Below are positions 49,967 through 63,898 of a stretch of DNA of 64,000 bases, piece by piece. Below the pieces are notes generated by a model. It did no database searches. It had not been told where the DNA came from and was given only the letters and a program-made list of their open reading frames with translations. Position numbers and translations under genes: made by a program. The stretch is from Rhizophagus irregularis (Eukaryota): positions 1,364,001 through 1,428,000 of the forward strand of contig NC_089435.1 in NCBI RefSeq assembly GCF_026210795.1, read 5' to 3'. Numbering within the stretch: position 1 is the first letter of the stretch; each line of letters begins with the position of its first letter.

Positions 49967-52054
49967 ATATCATTTAAAGTTGTCAATTTTAGTTTTTTTA
50001 AAGTATTTATTTTATTTATTAAACGCAACTTAAAATTGGTAATATCATACGGAACTTTGTTTATGTTAGTACGGGGCTAATGTGTGTGAGCTTTTTTATC
50101 TATTTTTCTTAATAAACATTTTCCGCAAAATTATCAATAAAAAAGTCACGTATGGCCTTTAGGAAACTTTATAATTTAAGATCTCTTTACTTGACCAGCG
50201 ATAGTAAATAAAGTTACTAATTTTTTCCCAAGTTTTATAACACAAAGTTTTAAAGACGCTATGACAGAGTACAATTATAACATCTTGTAAAAAAAAAATT
50301 CTCATGAAATGGTTTCCAAAAATTGAAATGTTTAAATTGGTTTTTAAGTTCATACCAGGCCTATGATTCCGTAGGACTTTTACTGTTGTTCATCATTAAG
50401 TATGTCTTGACGCTTATAAATTAGTACAGATAGAAAAAATTTCAATTGTTTTTCTTCTATTTTATATTGAGTTATAAACTTTTTGAAGTAAAATCACTAA
50501 AATTATCGTCATTAATGCCTTTAGCATTCAGTTATCGACGTAAACTCGTTCTATTTCTACATTAGAATACGAAATATATTTGCACAGTGGTGCGTTATTT
50601 GTTTTTTTAAAAAAAGTTTATTCCTATTCTAGATATTCCATACAATACTTAATAAATGAACAAATTATAAATAAAATATGATATAATAAATAAAATATAG
50701 TCAAAGGTTATTAAAGTCATAGCTTTTTCATTAGGATCGTTTATGTTGAGAAAAAAATATTGTTTTATGAGCTAAATTTTGAAAGAAATTATATAAAGAA
50801 AATTACTGAACTCGTAGTATTACCCAAAAGCTTAAAAGAATATGATAGCTTAACAATATCTGAACTATATATAGTAAAAGCATAAAGGTGAAAAAGTAAA
50901 AATTGATTGATAGATGTTCAGAAAATTATAAAAAATTGTTGCTTTCATTGTATTTGTGGGTATAATTTTCGAATTTATAATAATTACTTATTATAATCAT
51001 CAAAGCCTTTCAACAGAGAAAATTGCTGTAGTATCTAATTATATTAATATAATAGATAATGATTTATACACCTAAATATTCAGTTTTCTATATTCATTGG
51101 CTTACCAATTTTATCGGAGAAAAATGCTGATAAAATTGCTTTGCTGATAAAATTGCTTCTTACAATCTTGAAATTTTTGCCAAAATTAATCTTTTTCTAT
51201 ATAAAAACTGATGATGTAAGAAAAAATAAACAAGTGACTATTTAATGGTTTACAACATGTAATAAAAAATTGCTTTAATAAAATGCTATACTCTGTATCT
51301 CAATGGCTATAAATAATAAGTAGCTGTAAATTTATTCATAAATAGGTAATAAAATACTTTATTAATGTTGTAGGTGGAAACGGAATCTATGTGGATTCCG
51401 AATCCACATATGTGGATACGGGATGGGATGCTGGCCAGAATTAAAGCATAGTGGATTTCGTAATGCTGGCCAAGATTATTTTAAATTCTAATATTATTAC
51501 CATTGTTTTATAAAATTATTAAAACACTAAAAGATTATTATACCTAACTTATAAATCTATAAATTAAAATGATATCAAATTTTTTTTTTTGTATGTTATA
51601 GAAATAGATATTTATTTAAAACTTAATTTTATCTTAATCACTAGTTGTTGAAAAATTTAGAATTTATATATAATTTACTAATGAATGATATTTTAAGATT
51701 ATAACAAAAAAGAATTATAAGCTAAAAATAATTTTTTTTTTATAAATATGTTAAACAGTAAGTATTTTATACGGCGTATGAAAATGCCTTTTATTTAAAT
51801 CACATGAATGACAAATTTTTTCATTACAATGTATTTTTAAAGGAATTGAATTTCTCAACGCAGATCAGCGCATCGAAAAAATTATGGTCCGAAAAATATA
51901 TATATTTTTTTTTGTTGTTTCTATTTTTTGGTTAAAGCTTTCTTTTCAGTAACTTTAATGAAATATTGAAATATTGGAAAAGTTTTCGTCTAAAAAATAT
52001 TTGTCTAGAAAAATAATAATTTTTTTGGTAAAATAAATTTCTAAAATAAAACAA

Positions 52055-52388
52055 ATGAAACCCAAATTTAGTAAATCTAATATTTCAGTTACTGATATAG
52101 TAAACACCAAAAATTGCTCATATTGCAATAAACCTTTTACTGAAAAATTATGGTGTAAAAAATGTATTAATTCTTTAGAAAAATCAGCAGAAAATGGTAA
52201 TAAAGTAGCAATATTTAATTTAGCTAAAAGGTTTACAATGGGGAAGGAACAGAAAAGAATTTAGAAAAAGCCTTTTATTGGTATCATAAAGCAGCAGAAA
52301 ATGGTGATATTTATGCAATGAATTATTTTGCCAATAGATATTATTATGGAGAAGGAACAGAAAAGAATTTAGAAAAAGCCTTTTATTG
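52055..52388 (+). pseudogene. Truncated, frameshifted 5' fragment of a third Sel1-kinase paralog
   Basis: MKPKFSKSNIS..NCSYCNKPFTEKLWCKKCINSLEK; two broken Sel1 repeats, then homology stops. Confidence 0.85.
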
Positions 52389-52764
52389 TCCCAGTAAATA
52401 GTCATCATTTGTAATTTATATTATATTCATTTGGAATATGTGTACAGTTCACCCTCGCTATAGTGAAGCTCATGGGCTGAAAACTAAAATTCACTATAGT
52501 AAGGGAATTCACTAATCACGTATAGTAAATAAAGATAAGATTTTCACTATATTAAAAATCCATTATTATCACGTGATGTATATTATAAAGTAATAATTAA
52601 AAGTCACGACGACTAAGCTTATTTTTATAAAAAACACATGCAATAAAATAAATTTTCTTTGTTTTTTTGTAAACCTGCGCATAAATACTTTTTATATTTA
52701 TGTCACTCAAAGATTATTACTTTATTAAGTATGATAAACGCAATACTGCAAATCTGTAATACAA

Positions 52765-54650
52765 TCATTTATAAAGACTATCCTGATCAATTTGGTATTC
52801 AATAAAACCTTCACACTCTTCATGATTATAAAAGTCCCCTTCGTTAAAATATAAAGTTTCAAAATTAATATTATCAACGTCCATAATATTATCTTTATCA
52901 CCTATTCTATTCATATTATTATTATCAACACCATCAACGCTATCATTAGTTTTAACAAATAGGTCTAAACTCATTTGCTTCTTTGAAAAAAAATTATTTC
53001 TGTAAACTTCCCTTCTAGCTTTTTTCATAGCTTTAAAAGCACCTTTATCAATAATATCTTGACTTTTATTTTGTTCTAAATAAATAAAAATTTTATCAAA
53101 CGCGGCCAAAACTTCAGAGCTAGATACTGAAGTAATTTCCCTATCACTTTCATCATCAGAAATGGAGTTATTTTCTTTAAGAATGGCAACTATCTGTTCT
53201 TCAGTTAGTGTCTCACCAGTAATTTCATTCTCCTGATCTAATTTAATATATTCTTCAGCGGTAAGGGGATGTATATATTCAAGTTTATCAATTAAATCTT
53301 GGATTTCTTTACGTTCATTCTCTTCACGTTCATTCTCTTCTATTTCATCTTGAGAATCTGTATCATCTAATGGCAAAATTCCTGCATCTCTCCAGCAGTT
53401 AAATATAGTTTGAGAAAGAACTTTATCCCAGGCTGATACCACATACTTAATAGCTTTTTTGATATCAATTGGTGACTTACTATTGCCTGTTTCTTGTTGA
53501 TAATCAAAGGCCTTGATACGATTTTTAAGGAGCAATTTTCGATAGTGTGCCTACAAATATATAAATATGGTAAGTTTAATTTCGTAATAATTAAAAAATT
53601 GCATTAAAATTTTTCAGAATTAATTACCTTAAAACTATTAATAATACCTTTATCACAAGGTTGCAGATGCGCGGTTGTGTTAGGAGGTAAAAACTTAATT
53701 TCTATATTAGTCAATTCTACACCTTCGTATAAAGCATGAACAGGAGCGTTATCTACAAGAAGAAGAATTTTTCTTCCTTTTAATCTCATTGTTGCATCAA
53801 ATTGACGAATCCAATCATTCCAAATGGAGACTTGCATCCAAGCTTTTATATTCCAGTAATATTCTACCGGTAAAGATGACTTGGGTAAGTTTTTCAAGGG
53901 ACGAGGGTTTTTGTATTTATGAATAAATACTGGTTTAAGCTTTTCTCTACCAGTTGCATTAGAACGAATAAGAATTGTCACACGATCTTTTGATTGCTTT
54001 CGTCCAGATATAGGTTTATCAGAAATCGTTCTTTTAGGTTCCATTTTCCAATACAAACCAGTTTCATCACAATTGAAAACATCATCAAGACTATATCCAC
54101 AAATCAAATCTTGAAGCTCTTTCCTAAATTCATCAAGTTTCTCAAGTGGTGCACTTGCAGCCTCTCCTTGCTTTAAATAACAAGAAAGATTGTGCCTTTT
54201 TTTAAATCCATTAATCCAACCATTACTTCCTTTAAAATTTTCAATCTTATATAAAGATGCAAACATCATAGCTTTTTCATGTAAAACTTGATCACTAATA
54301 TCAACACTATTTTCCAAAGCTTTTAATACCCATAACGTAAGTGCTTCTTCAATTTCTGGAAAAATCACCCTAACTTGTCTTTTACCTTTAGCTTCAGGTG
54401 CTTGGGGATCAATTTCAAGCCATTTTTGTGAATTTTTTAACGTACTACTAATACATCCTTCACTAACATCAAATAATTTCGCTAGTTCTTTATTTTTTAG
54501 AGAAGGTTCAGTAACTTTTTTAAGACATATTTCATGTTTTTGGGCAAGAGTCAAGGAGGCTCTTTTTGGCAAAGTTTTTTCTTGGGATATTATACCTTTG
54601 CCTATGGTTATTTGAGTACGCGAAGTTCTTTTATTTTGAGTTTTGGGCAT
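52765..54650 (-). CDS. pogo/CENP-B-like transposase, ~602 aa; exons 54650..53628 and 53550..52765
   Basis: CENP-B-like HTH (FKGSNGWINGFKKRH); DD32D triad NCDETG / VDNAPVH / LQPCDKG; intron 53627..53551 joins FK|AHYRKLL in frame. Confidence 0.93.
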
Positions 54651-54843
54651 AGTGTGTGAAGAAAATAATTAACTAGATCAGGATTACTTTTATTATAATC
54701 AAAATAAAATATGATACTTTTCCTTTTTAGTTTAAATCACGAAAAAATTCTAGCTTCTAAAGGCAAATTCGAATTCAAATAAATTATACGTGATAAAAAA
54801 AGGTAGATAGACAAACTGTACGGTACGATCAGCTGAACTGTAC

Positions 54844-54986
54844 CAGTGTTGGCAAATTTTGAGGTCATTTCACTTTTTTGAAATGACCTTAGGTCATTTT
54901 GTATATGATCACGTGATATATTCATAGTAAAATCATGACGTAATCAGGTCATTTAAAGGTCATTTCAAGGTCATTTGCCAACACTG
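54844..54986. mobile_element. hAT-type MITE (143 bp) inserted in the MULE left TIR
   Basis: TIR CAGTGTTGGCAAAT; perfect 8-bp TSD AACTGTAC; repeated AGGTCATTT. Confidence 0.9.
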
Positions 54987-55320
54987 AACTGTACGGTACG
55001 ATTAATTATAATAAAATCCATACAGTACAGTATAGCACTTATATATATATATATACATATAAGTCTTGTATTGTACCATACAGTTAAATTGTAACAAATT
55101 TCGTACAGTACAATTGTAAAAATAAATGATTATCACGTGATTCTTATATTAAATTCACAATTAAAAAAGTTCTTTATTAATAAAATTATAAATAAATAAA
55201 TAGTTATATTAACTGTTAACGTGCGCAAATATTTTTATTATTGTCATTGGAAAATTACTTTATTTTACTTCGAACATGCTGCACTCTCTATAAAAGTAAT
55301 TGAAAATCATGTTGAAAAAA

Positions 55321-58300
55321 TTATAAACCTAAGAGTTTGTTTCTTTTCTCAAGCAGTGCAATTTCCCTTTCAAGCTCATCATTTGCCTGCTTTCGAATAG
55401 CTAGTGTTTCTTGCGCCAAAGTATTAACTTTTCTTTGTTGATCAAAACATGGATCTCTGTTTGATTCAATAATTTCAATAGTATCATTTTCCTTATTATG
55501 AGAATTACTTTTTTGTTTTTTTACTGTACTCAAGGATGAAGTTTGTTTACATTTACGCTTTTTTGCTAAAATAATTAAAATACAAATTATTACGTTAAAT
55601 ATATTTTAAAAATAATTAAAATAATTAATTATACTTACCCGCTCTTTTCTCAGCTTGAATTGATCGTGCCAATTCAGATTTATCTCTATAAGATTCAGGA
55701 ATATTATATTTTTCATAGACATTTCCACTTTCCCACTGTCGTTTATCAAAGTTACATCCTCTAAAAAAAAGGAATTTTAATAAATATTTAATAAGTTTTA
55801 TATACAAACAAATAAAAAGTTTTACCTAACAATTCCGGCAAGAAGTGATAAATTACGTCCATCATGATTTACGTTTGCATGTGCACTTTCTCCCACATTG
55901 GTATTATTTGGTGTTTGATTCCAAATAATATGATCCATTTTGGTAAATGCAATTGATATACCCGATAGTACCCATGAAACACGTTTATCTTTTACCCAAG
56001 CTATAAAAAAAATACTTTAATATTTGTTTGAATTTTGACGAAAAGTTAAATTTAATGATTACCTTCTGCTCCTAATTCGCCACTAGATTGTATTTTATCT
56101 AATACTATTAACACTTCTTTTTGTGCATCTAAAGTTGGTACTAAATACATAGCACTTCGAATTTCACTTGATATCTGCTTATTTTTGTCAATATTTCTAA
56201 ATAAAAAAAAATAAAATATGATTATAAATTAGTAATTAATTCAATTAGATTATAAAAAATTATTAATGCATCTAATTACCGCTTATAATGAACTTGGCAA
56301 AGTTTATATATATGTTGTAAATGCTCAACTGGCGTTAAATTTGGATACTTTGAATTTAAATATCGACCTAAACCTAATTAAATATTAAATTTTATTAATA
56401 CCTATACTCAAATAATTCGAATTTATACTGTAGTTTAGCTTACCTAAAGCTTGCCCTTTGTGTTGATCTGCGATAATACATCCCAAACCCCTTCCATGAA
56501 TATGATAAAAATTAAATATTTCACCCGTATCTTTTTCTATGCAATTAAACAAGTCTTCAAATAGGTTTTGATATGCATCAGCCGTCTCAATATTTGTAAA
56601 TATTCGTGCAAAAGTTAAAGCTATATATATTTTTAAAGCAATTAAATTAAAATTATAAAAAATTAAATAAATTAAAGTAAATAAAATTTAACTCACTTTT
56701 TTGTATTCGTGATACATATGCTGATACTTCCCATTCATTTGTAACACCATGAATTCTTTTGAATGCCATATCAATTTCAAAATATGTCAATTCAGGAATT
56801 GCTTTAAGTTGTTGCTTTGTAGCACATACAACAATATATTGGCCACTATCAAGAAATCCTGTAAAATAAAATAAATTAAATATAAAAAATTAAATTACGA
56901 TTAAAAAAGTGATATAAACGTATTACGCGTAATACAATTTACTTACGAATTGATCGAATATATGGATCTTCACTTTTTTCATGTTTCATAAATTCATGTG
57001 TAACTCCCAAGATATTTTGTCCATATGGATATTGTGAACGCCGAGTTTTGCCAATATAATAATCAATTTTAGATTGATTATTCAATGATGGATGTAATTC
57101 ACTTAATTGTTTTCCATTTAAGTAGTTTTGAATCATTGTTCCTATTTATTTTATATTATTTTAATTAGCTTATATAAATAATTATGATTTATATTTGTGT
57201 AATTTAACTTACCAGTTAAAAACTTTCTTCTTGTTAAATCAAGAGTATGTTCATTATTGATTATATTTTGAAGTTGATTTTTGATATTATATGGGGTTTT
57301 ATAAGGTGGTGGAGGTGGATGATTATGTTTTCCCACCGATACAGTTGCAATAAATGGGCATTCCTTTAAATTTTCTGGAATTATATGGTAGAATGTAACC
57401 GGACATGCACTAGCCTTCTTACTCACAGATCCTTTAACAATTCGATTTTTGACTTTATGCAAAAATGCTAATGAAACAATAATTATTAATTATTTTAGAT
57501 AACAAAAAGAATACAGTTATTAATTAATTTACTTACGACATTCATCAGATCGTGCAATATTAGGTCGTACCATAAAACACTCATCTACCGTATTAACTTC
57601 ATCGTTCTGCAATTTAAATATTAAATTAATTTATTTATTTTAAAAATATATGTATAACACAGCAAAAAAATATTTATAAAAATAAATTTGAACTAAAATT
57701 TTTGTGCGAAAAAAATAAAATTACATAAAAAATCATTTTCTATCGAATTTAGAATTAAAATCCACTATGCTAATTGCCAAATTTAGTTAAAAACATTTTT
57801 GTATAAAATTACTTTTTAGTGAAACGGATCACCAGATTTTTACCTTAAAATCGATACCATAAAGATGATAGGAATATTCACTAAACATCGTTTCTAATAA
57901 TTCCAGATCAACATTATTTGGAATTGTTAAATATCGGTGTTTTTCTTTTGGTTTCCAATTAGTACATCCAATAAACTTTTTTTTGATGTTATTAAACCAG
58001 CCACCTGAAAATATTATAAATTTTAGATAATTAAATAATAATAATTATAATTTTAAAAGAACTTATTATATAATTTATACGTACTTGATTAAATTCACAT
58101 AATTTTGGTATACCGTTACATTTTACTCCATTTTGATCAATATATTCACAATGACATTCATATGCTTTAGCGAACACACTACAAAATAAATTAGTTATTT
58201 TATGAACTTTAATATATTATTATATAGTATTTATAAATTAAAATAAATATATGAATTACTAACCAAAGAGTTGTTTTCTCATGAAATTTTTCATTGGCGT

Positions 58301-58974
58301 CAAATATATTTTTGAAAAAGGATTTAGAAAAATCCACAGATGTATGACCAACATCTAATTCTTTGGACGCAAATTCACATACTTTAACACTAAGGCAATT
58401 ACGTTGTTCCTTGGATACTCTGATTCCAGGAAAAAAATCACAATTTTGTACTTTGCGAATTGTACCATTGCCTCCATATGAATATTGAATATTATTCATA
58501 GCAAACGCTTTTTGTGCTTCATTCTCATCCCAACCTGATACATTATAAATACTTGCGAAACCAGTTTCAGATGTATTAGGATATTCTTGAAATTCTAAAT
58601 AATAGTGAACCTCAGATGCCGTTAAATTTCTACCAAATTTAGCAGTATTTTGGGTAGGCCACTATTGAATATATAAAATATAGAAATAATAATTAATAAA
58701 TATAAAGTTTAATTTAAAAAATTATTTTGGTAATTTTAATGGTACTAAATACAAGGATAAATGCTAATTTTAGCATTAGAAACATATTTCTAAGGAATCT
58801 ATTCATGTAAAATATCTGTTATACAAAAAATAAATACTAAAATTGGTTTATTGCGGCACTTTCCGAAATTGACCACCTGCTGAAACAACTATTTTGACCT
58901 TTTCAGCATGTTTAGCCCAGGTTATATACCTCTTCGATAATTTCTTTATTGACTTCGGTAGAAATTTCTGCCAT
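55321..58974 (-). CDS. Multi-exon MULE-type DDE transposase (5' exons possibly damaged)
   Basis: Exon pieces: GKHNHPPPP; YFEIDMAFKRIHG; GLGCIIADQHKGQA; YKLCQVHYKR (CxxH); TNVGESAHA; many short GT-AG introns. Full exon structure not resolved. Confidence 0.78.
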
Positions 58975-59579
58975 TTTTGTTGTAAGATTTATATGTATAA
59001 AGTCTTTGTTGACTTTTAGACGTGTTTCTTTGACGTGTTTCTTTGGGAGAGTGAGAAAAAAAAAAAAAGTCTGATCATAGATCGTTTGGTTGTACAAGTG
59101 TTATACTGTACACTGTACTAAAATTTTATTGTTACATAAATGATCGTACAACCACAAATGTACAGTACAGTTCAGCTGATCGTACTGTACAGTTTATATG
59201 TATACTCATAAAAAATTCACTAATTAATTGTGTAACATTTGAAAAATTCGTTATAGCAAAAATCTTTACTATATCAAGGGTCATTTTATTAACACTGGTT
59301 CCAGTATTTAAATTCGAATTACGAGATACAGAAAATTTATTATAAAATTCACTATATCAAGAATTATTATTTATAAAAAAATCCGTACCTAGACTTTTCT
59401 TCATTATAGTAAGTTATTCACTATATAAAAATTCACTATAGCGAGGGTGAACTGTATATTGTTAATTTTATATACTAAATTTGAGCCACTTAATAAATTT
59501 AAAAAAATATTTTTTAATACTAATAGCCAATTTGCAATTATTTTAACTCCTTTTGTAGTATCTTTTTTGTGCAATTTAT

Positions 59580-60400
59580 CTTGAATACAGTTGGATTTTT
59601 TACTTCAGCATCTACGTTTATGAATATGTCCACTCAATTGTTTATACTGTAACAGGTACAACAAATAAATTTTGGCTTCTTTATTTCGTTAAAAGCAAGC
59701 TTTGGTATAATTTCTTAATGCATTATAATACACCATCCCGTTACAAGATATTTGAGTATTTCGTCTATATTAATCGACCAAAATGGCTACTACATCCTTC
59801 CCCTGACTAAAGAAAGTTACAAGTTTTTGCATCCTATACATCTTTGATGTTGGACTATTGCATTTGTAAATTCTTTATAAATATTTTTTTCTTTGGGATT
59901 GTAAATGCGAATCACAAACTCCTAATTTTAAATGATCATTAGATTCTTGTTAAACTGCATCTCGACTGATCTATTTGCCATATTCCAAATAAATTTCACA
60001 TTTTTCTAAGTTTGAAAGTTCCGCCACATCGTCTAATTGTATCATCAATAATTACACAAGGTGAAAGAAAGTGCATTGTATTATTTTGCTAGTAGATCCT
60101 TCATTTCATTGGTCTCTTTCTCCATATTGCTCATCATCAAAATTTTGCTCATTATTGTCTTGTTATAATTCTGCCTCAATACTACTATCATATTCGCCTA
60201 TACATGCTTTCATTTCAATATATCATCACCTTTATGAGCTAGCATCACGTTTAATGCATTATTAAACCTAATGGTAAATTATTCAAAATCACTATAAGTT
60301 ATATTCTTGAAGTGTCAAGATCTGACATTGTTAAAATCCAATTTTGGGCTTCTGATTGAATAGTTTGCAATTAAAACTCACGTCAGTGAAAGTAATACTT
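59580..60400 (-). pseudogene. Degenerate Cys/His-rich coding remnant, probably TE-derived
   Basis: Broken frames HQRCIGCKN, PKFICCTCY, GHIHKR with stops and frameshifts. Confidence 0.35.
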
Positions 60401-62412
60401 GTATTAGAATATTTCAATCGTTAGTTTTATGTTACTTATTTCGTAAAAAAGGTGTTACAATATGTAAATTAGGTGTTACCTTTGATCTGAAATTTTCTAA
60501 ATTTTGGCCGGCATTGTAATTTGCCCAGAGCTAAGAAAGTTTTGGCCAGAATTACAATTTAAAGATCGTTAACCAAATGAATTAATTTTGCCGATTTTGT
60601 ATTTTATTTACGCATTATACACTTTAAGACAATACTATATTAACATTTTACATTATGATATCATAGTACAAAAAATTTCACATCAATTTAGTGTGAGTGG
60701 TTGTTATTTTTTTGGTTTAAACCAAAAAAAAAATAAAAAAAAAGATTAAATCATTAGATAAAAAAAAATTATTTTCAGCATTGAACTAAGAATCAATAAT
60801 ATTTTTTATTGTTATTAAAAAAAAATCCCCAAAATTTTATTATATCTATTGTACTATAACAATTTATTGATATTAAAAAAAAATCCAAAAAATTTATAAT
60901 ATCGATCTATTGTCAAAAAATCTAACTAAAAAAAGATTATTAACGTAATAAGTCAATTGTCTATTACTTATTAGTATTAACTATTTAATGTTACCGGCGG
61001 AGAACTGAACTAAAAAAAAGTTTGCCGATTAAATCGTCATAACTATAAGAACATGGAATCAGGCGCAGACACATCCCGCATTCCATGTTCAGAATTCAGA
61101 TACACAATTCAAATTATTTATACAGAGCTTAAACTAAATATCACCAAATTTTTTTAGCATATTAACAGATAGATAGTAGAAGATAGATAGATAGATACTG
61201 ATCCATCAAATCAAAGAATGCAAAAAATCCAAATCAAAGAAAAACGACTCAAAAATAACAGAATACAGCATCAATAACAATAATAGTGATTTGCAAAATC
61301 ATACTTCTATTGTTGTTGAAATACAAACGGTGGGATCATCTTCACCCAGGAGTGTTGTGGGACGTCAATATTGTCTTGTGATGAGTATGAATCATATGAT
61401 TACACTTTGAACGAATTAAAGTTTGTTTATTAATTAATATAGTATGCCATAATAACTATGCATTTTATTTAATAAAGAAATATTAGGCAAATCTAATGAT
61501 ATTGAGAAACAATAAAAATAACCATCTGTATTAGAAATTAACGATGAAACTGCGATATCACAAAAACAGCAAGAAAATTCTCAATCAGTTTTACTAATTT
61601 GCCACATATATTTGAAACGTCACATAATCTTCTTGACATTTGTAGTTGGCTAGTCAAAAATCCATGAGTGCTAAATATAGCTAATGCTATGTATTGTGGC
61701 ATCGTTATGTTTACCATCGTAACCATATAATTTACAATCTGGTTTACCACAAGCGATTTCTACATCTTAAATGAACCATCAAAGGCATATAAAACCATTC
61801 AAGGTATATATTATGATGTTTTAATAACCATAGATCATATATAGGAAACACTTTTAAAATGGGATAAAGAAATAAAGTGTTTATTTTTACAGACTTGATG
61901 ATTTCATCCATGCTATCTTTAAAAATCTCATTTCACAGCAATCAATCCAAAACAAAATTGCGTTTTGGAGATTTCTGACATAATTTCAATGAAAGTATTT
62001 TACAGATTAAGAAAAGTGATATTTTCTTAAAAAATATAGGTAAGGCAAATCCACTGTTATTAATTAACAAAATATCATTGATTTTATTGATGAGCTGTTT
62101 AGCACCACAAATTACTAATATGTTAATTCAGTTGGTTCGAACTGCCTTTGTTCATCACTACAACCGAAGGTAAAGATATTGATGTAATAAAAGGTCTCGA
62201 TAATATAACCAAAGACTTATCTGTGTGGGAACAATATTGCTAATAATTCATTAATATAAATATCATTTTTATAATACATTAATAAAATTATGTATTAATT
62301 ATTCATTTAATATATTATTCTTTATTAAGCGACTTAAAAATTTAAGTTCAATGTAGTAAAAACTTGACATAAATATCGTTACAATGTGTCCAAATTGCCC
62401 TATTAAACTTAC

Positions 62413-63898
62413 TTAGATTTGTATAGTTAGAGGAAACAGTTCGTTAATGCAACTACCAAATTTTTCACATAATTCTATAAAAGTTTTCGCAATACTTATC
62501 GTTTTAATATATTTTATCAAAGGTTTCATTTGGGAAATTTCTAATATAAATTTTTTAATTCGTGTTATAATATCAAATAAATCTTGTAAATGTAAATAAT
62601 TTTTAATATTAAAAAAATCTTCTCTATCTTCACTATATTCTTTAAGACTTCGTATGGCTGATTCTGCAGCATGGACTTGTTTTTTTAATATGTCACAAAT
62701 TTGTTTTCTATGTCTAGAAGCTCCTGCTACTAATTCGATGATTTCATTAAAAATATTTCCAATTTCATTAATTAAAGAAATAAATTTTGGAACTGGGGCA
62801 TTGACAGCATTGACTAGTATAAAAATAATTAAATTATTAATAATAAAAATCGTTGTTATTAATCAATATAATTAATATTAAACTTACTTGGATTTGGATA
62901 ATTAGAAGGAATAGATAAATCATCATTATCATTATTTTTTGAATTACTTTTGACATCAATATGATTGTGCACATTATGTTGCGGAGATTGTGCATCCTCA
63001 ATTTTTAAATGAATTAAAATTTCATGTACTTCTTCATTATTTTTTGAATTACTTTTGACATCAATATGATTGTGTACATTATGTTGCGGAGATTGTGCAT
63101 CCTCAATTTTTAAATGAATTAAAATTTCATGTACTTCTTCAATATCGGGTCTTAATTTTGGATCGTCATCCCAACATATTTGATAAAGTCTTTGATACTT
63201 TAGAGGTGTACCTTCAATTGGATTTTCTCTATTACCATCTTTAATATGATCGGTAAGTAACTTTTGTGGATAGCCAGAAAAAGGACGATGGCCACTTGAT
63301 ATTTCCCATAATAAAATACCTAAACTATAGATATCGGACTTCTTATCTTTTTTATAGTTGATAATTTTAAAACATTGTGGTTCAATATATTCAACCACCC
63401 CATATCTATTACCCACTGAATCAGTTGTAACTTCCGCCAACTTTTTAGATAATCCAAAGTCAGCAATTATTAAGTTTCCATTATTTACCAATATATTTTT
63501 TGAGTGCTACAAAATAATGACAGTATTAATTTAAATTATCGAAACCAAAATCACGAATGAAATACTATTAAGTAAATACTCCTTTACCAAGTCTCTATGG
63601 ATTATTTCTTTGAAATGTAAAAATTTCAGACCATCGGTAATATCCAATGCCATTCGAATTTTATCATTCCATTTCAAGGAAGCAAAATTTTTGTTCAAAT
63701 AACCTTTTAAATTTCCTTCGTTAGCATATTCCAACACCAAAATATTATACTTGGGATCTATTAATTATAAATATAAATAAGTTAGATTAAACTGTATAAA
63801 TAAATTATTATTAAAAAATAATCTTAACATAAACCTTTTGTTATTCCCAGACAACGATTGATGTTTGGATGATTACCAACTTCGTAAAGGAGTTTCAA
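62413..63898 (-). CDS. 3' part of a TKL protein kinase with a C-terminal MLKL-like four-helix-bundle domain; exons 63898..63835, 63757..63588, 63506..62888, 62813..62413; the 5' end lies beyond the window
   Basis: HPNINRCLG, LEYANEGNL, HRDL|HSKN, IADFG, YIEPQ; last exon KFISLINEIGNIFNEIIELV..ICDILKKQVHAAESAIRSL..LQDLFDIITRIKKFILEISQ..IAKTFIELCEKF, missed by the ORF track. Confidence 0.85.
62930..63140 (-). repeat. Near-perfect 105-nt (35-aa) in-frame tandem duplication in the kinase linker
   Basis: EEVHEILIHLKIEDAQSPQHNVHNHIDVKSNSKNN x2. Confidence 0.9.

Larger units (their letters stand above)
54801..59207 (-). mobile_element. Mutator-like (MULE) element nested in the pogo
   Basis: TIR core AAACTGTAC(G/A)GTACGATCAGCTGAACTGTAC at both ends; probable TSD ATAAAAAA (54793-54800, 59208-59215); outermost bases degenerate. 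Confidence 0.8.
52445..59454 (-). mobile_element. pogo/Tigger-type Tc1/mariner transposon carrying a nested MULE
   Basis: Perfect 23-bp TIR CAGTTCACCCTCGCTATAGTGAA; TA TSD; repeated TTCACTATA subterminal motifs. Confidence 0.93.

Noticed and set aside
51372..51480. Possible hAT left end (TAGGTGGAAACGG with GTGGAT repeats)
   Set aside because: No partner TIR or TSD found in the window
61049..61091. Hairpin GAACATGGAAT...ATTCCATGTTC
   Set aside because: Single 11-bp stem with no TSD or second copy; insufficient support
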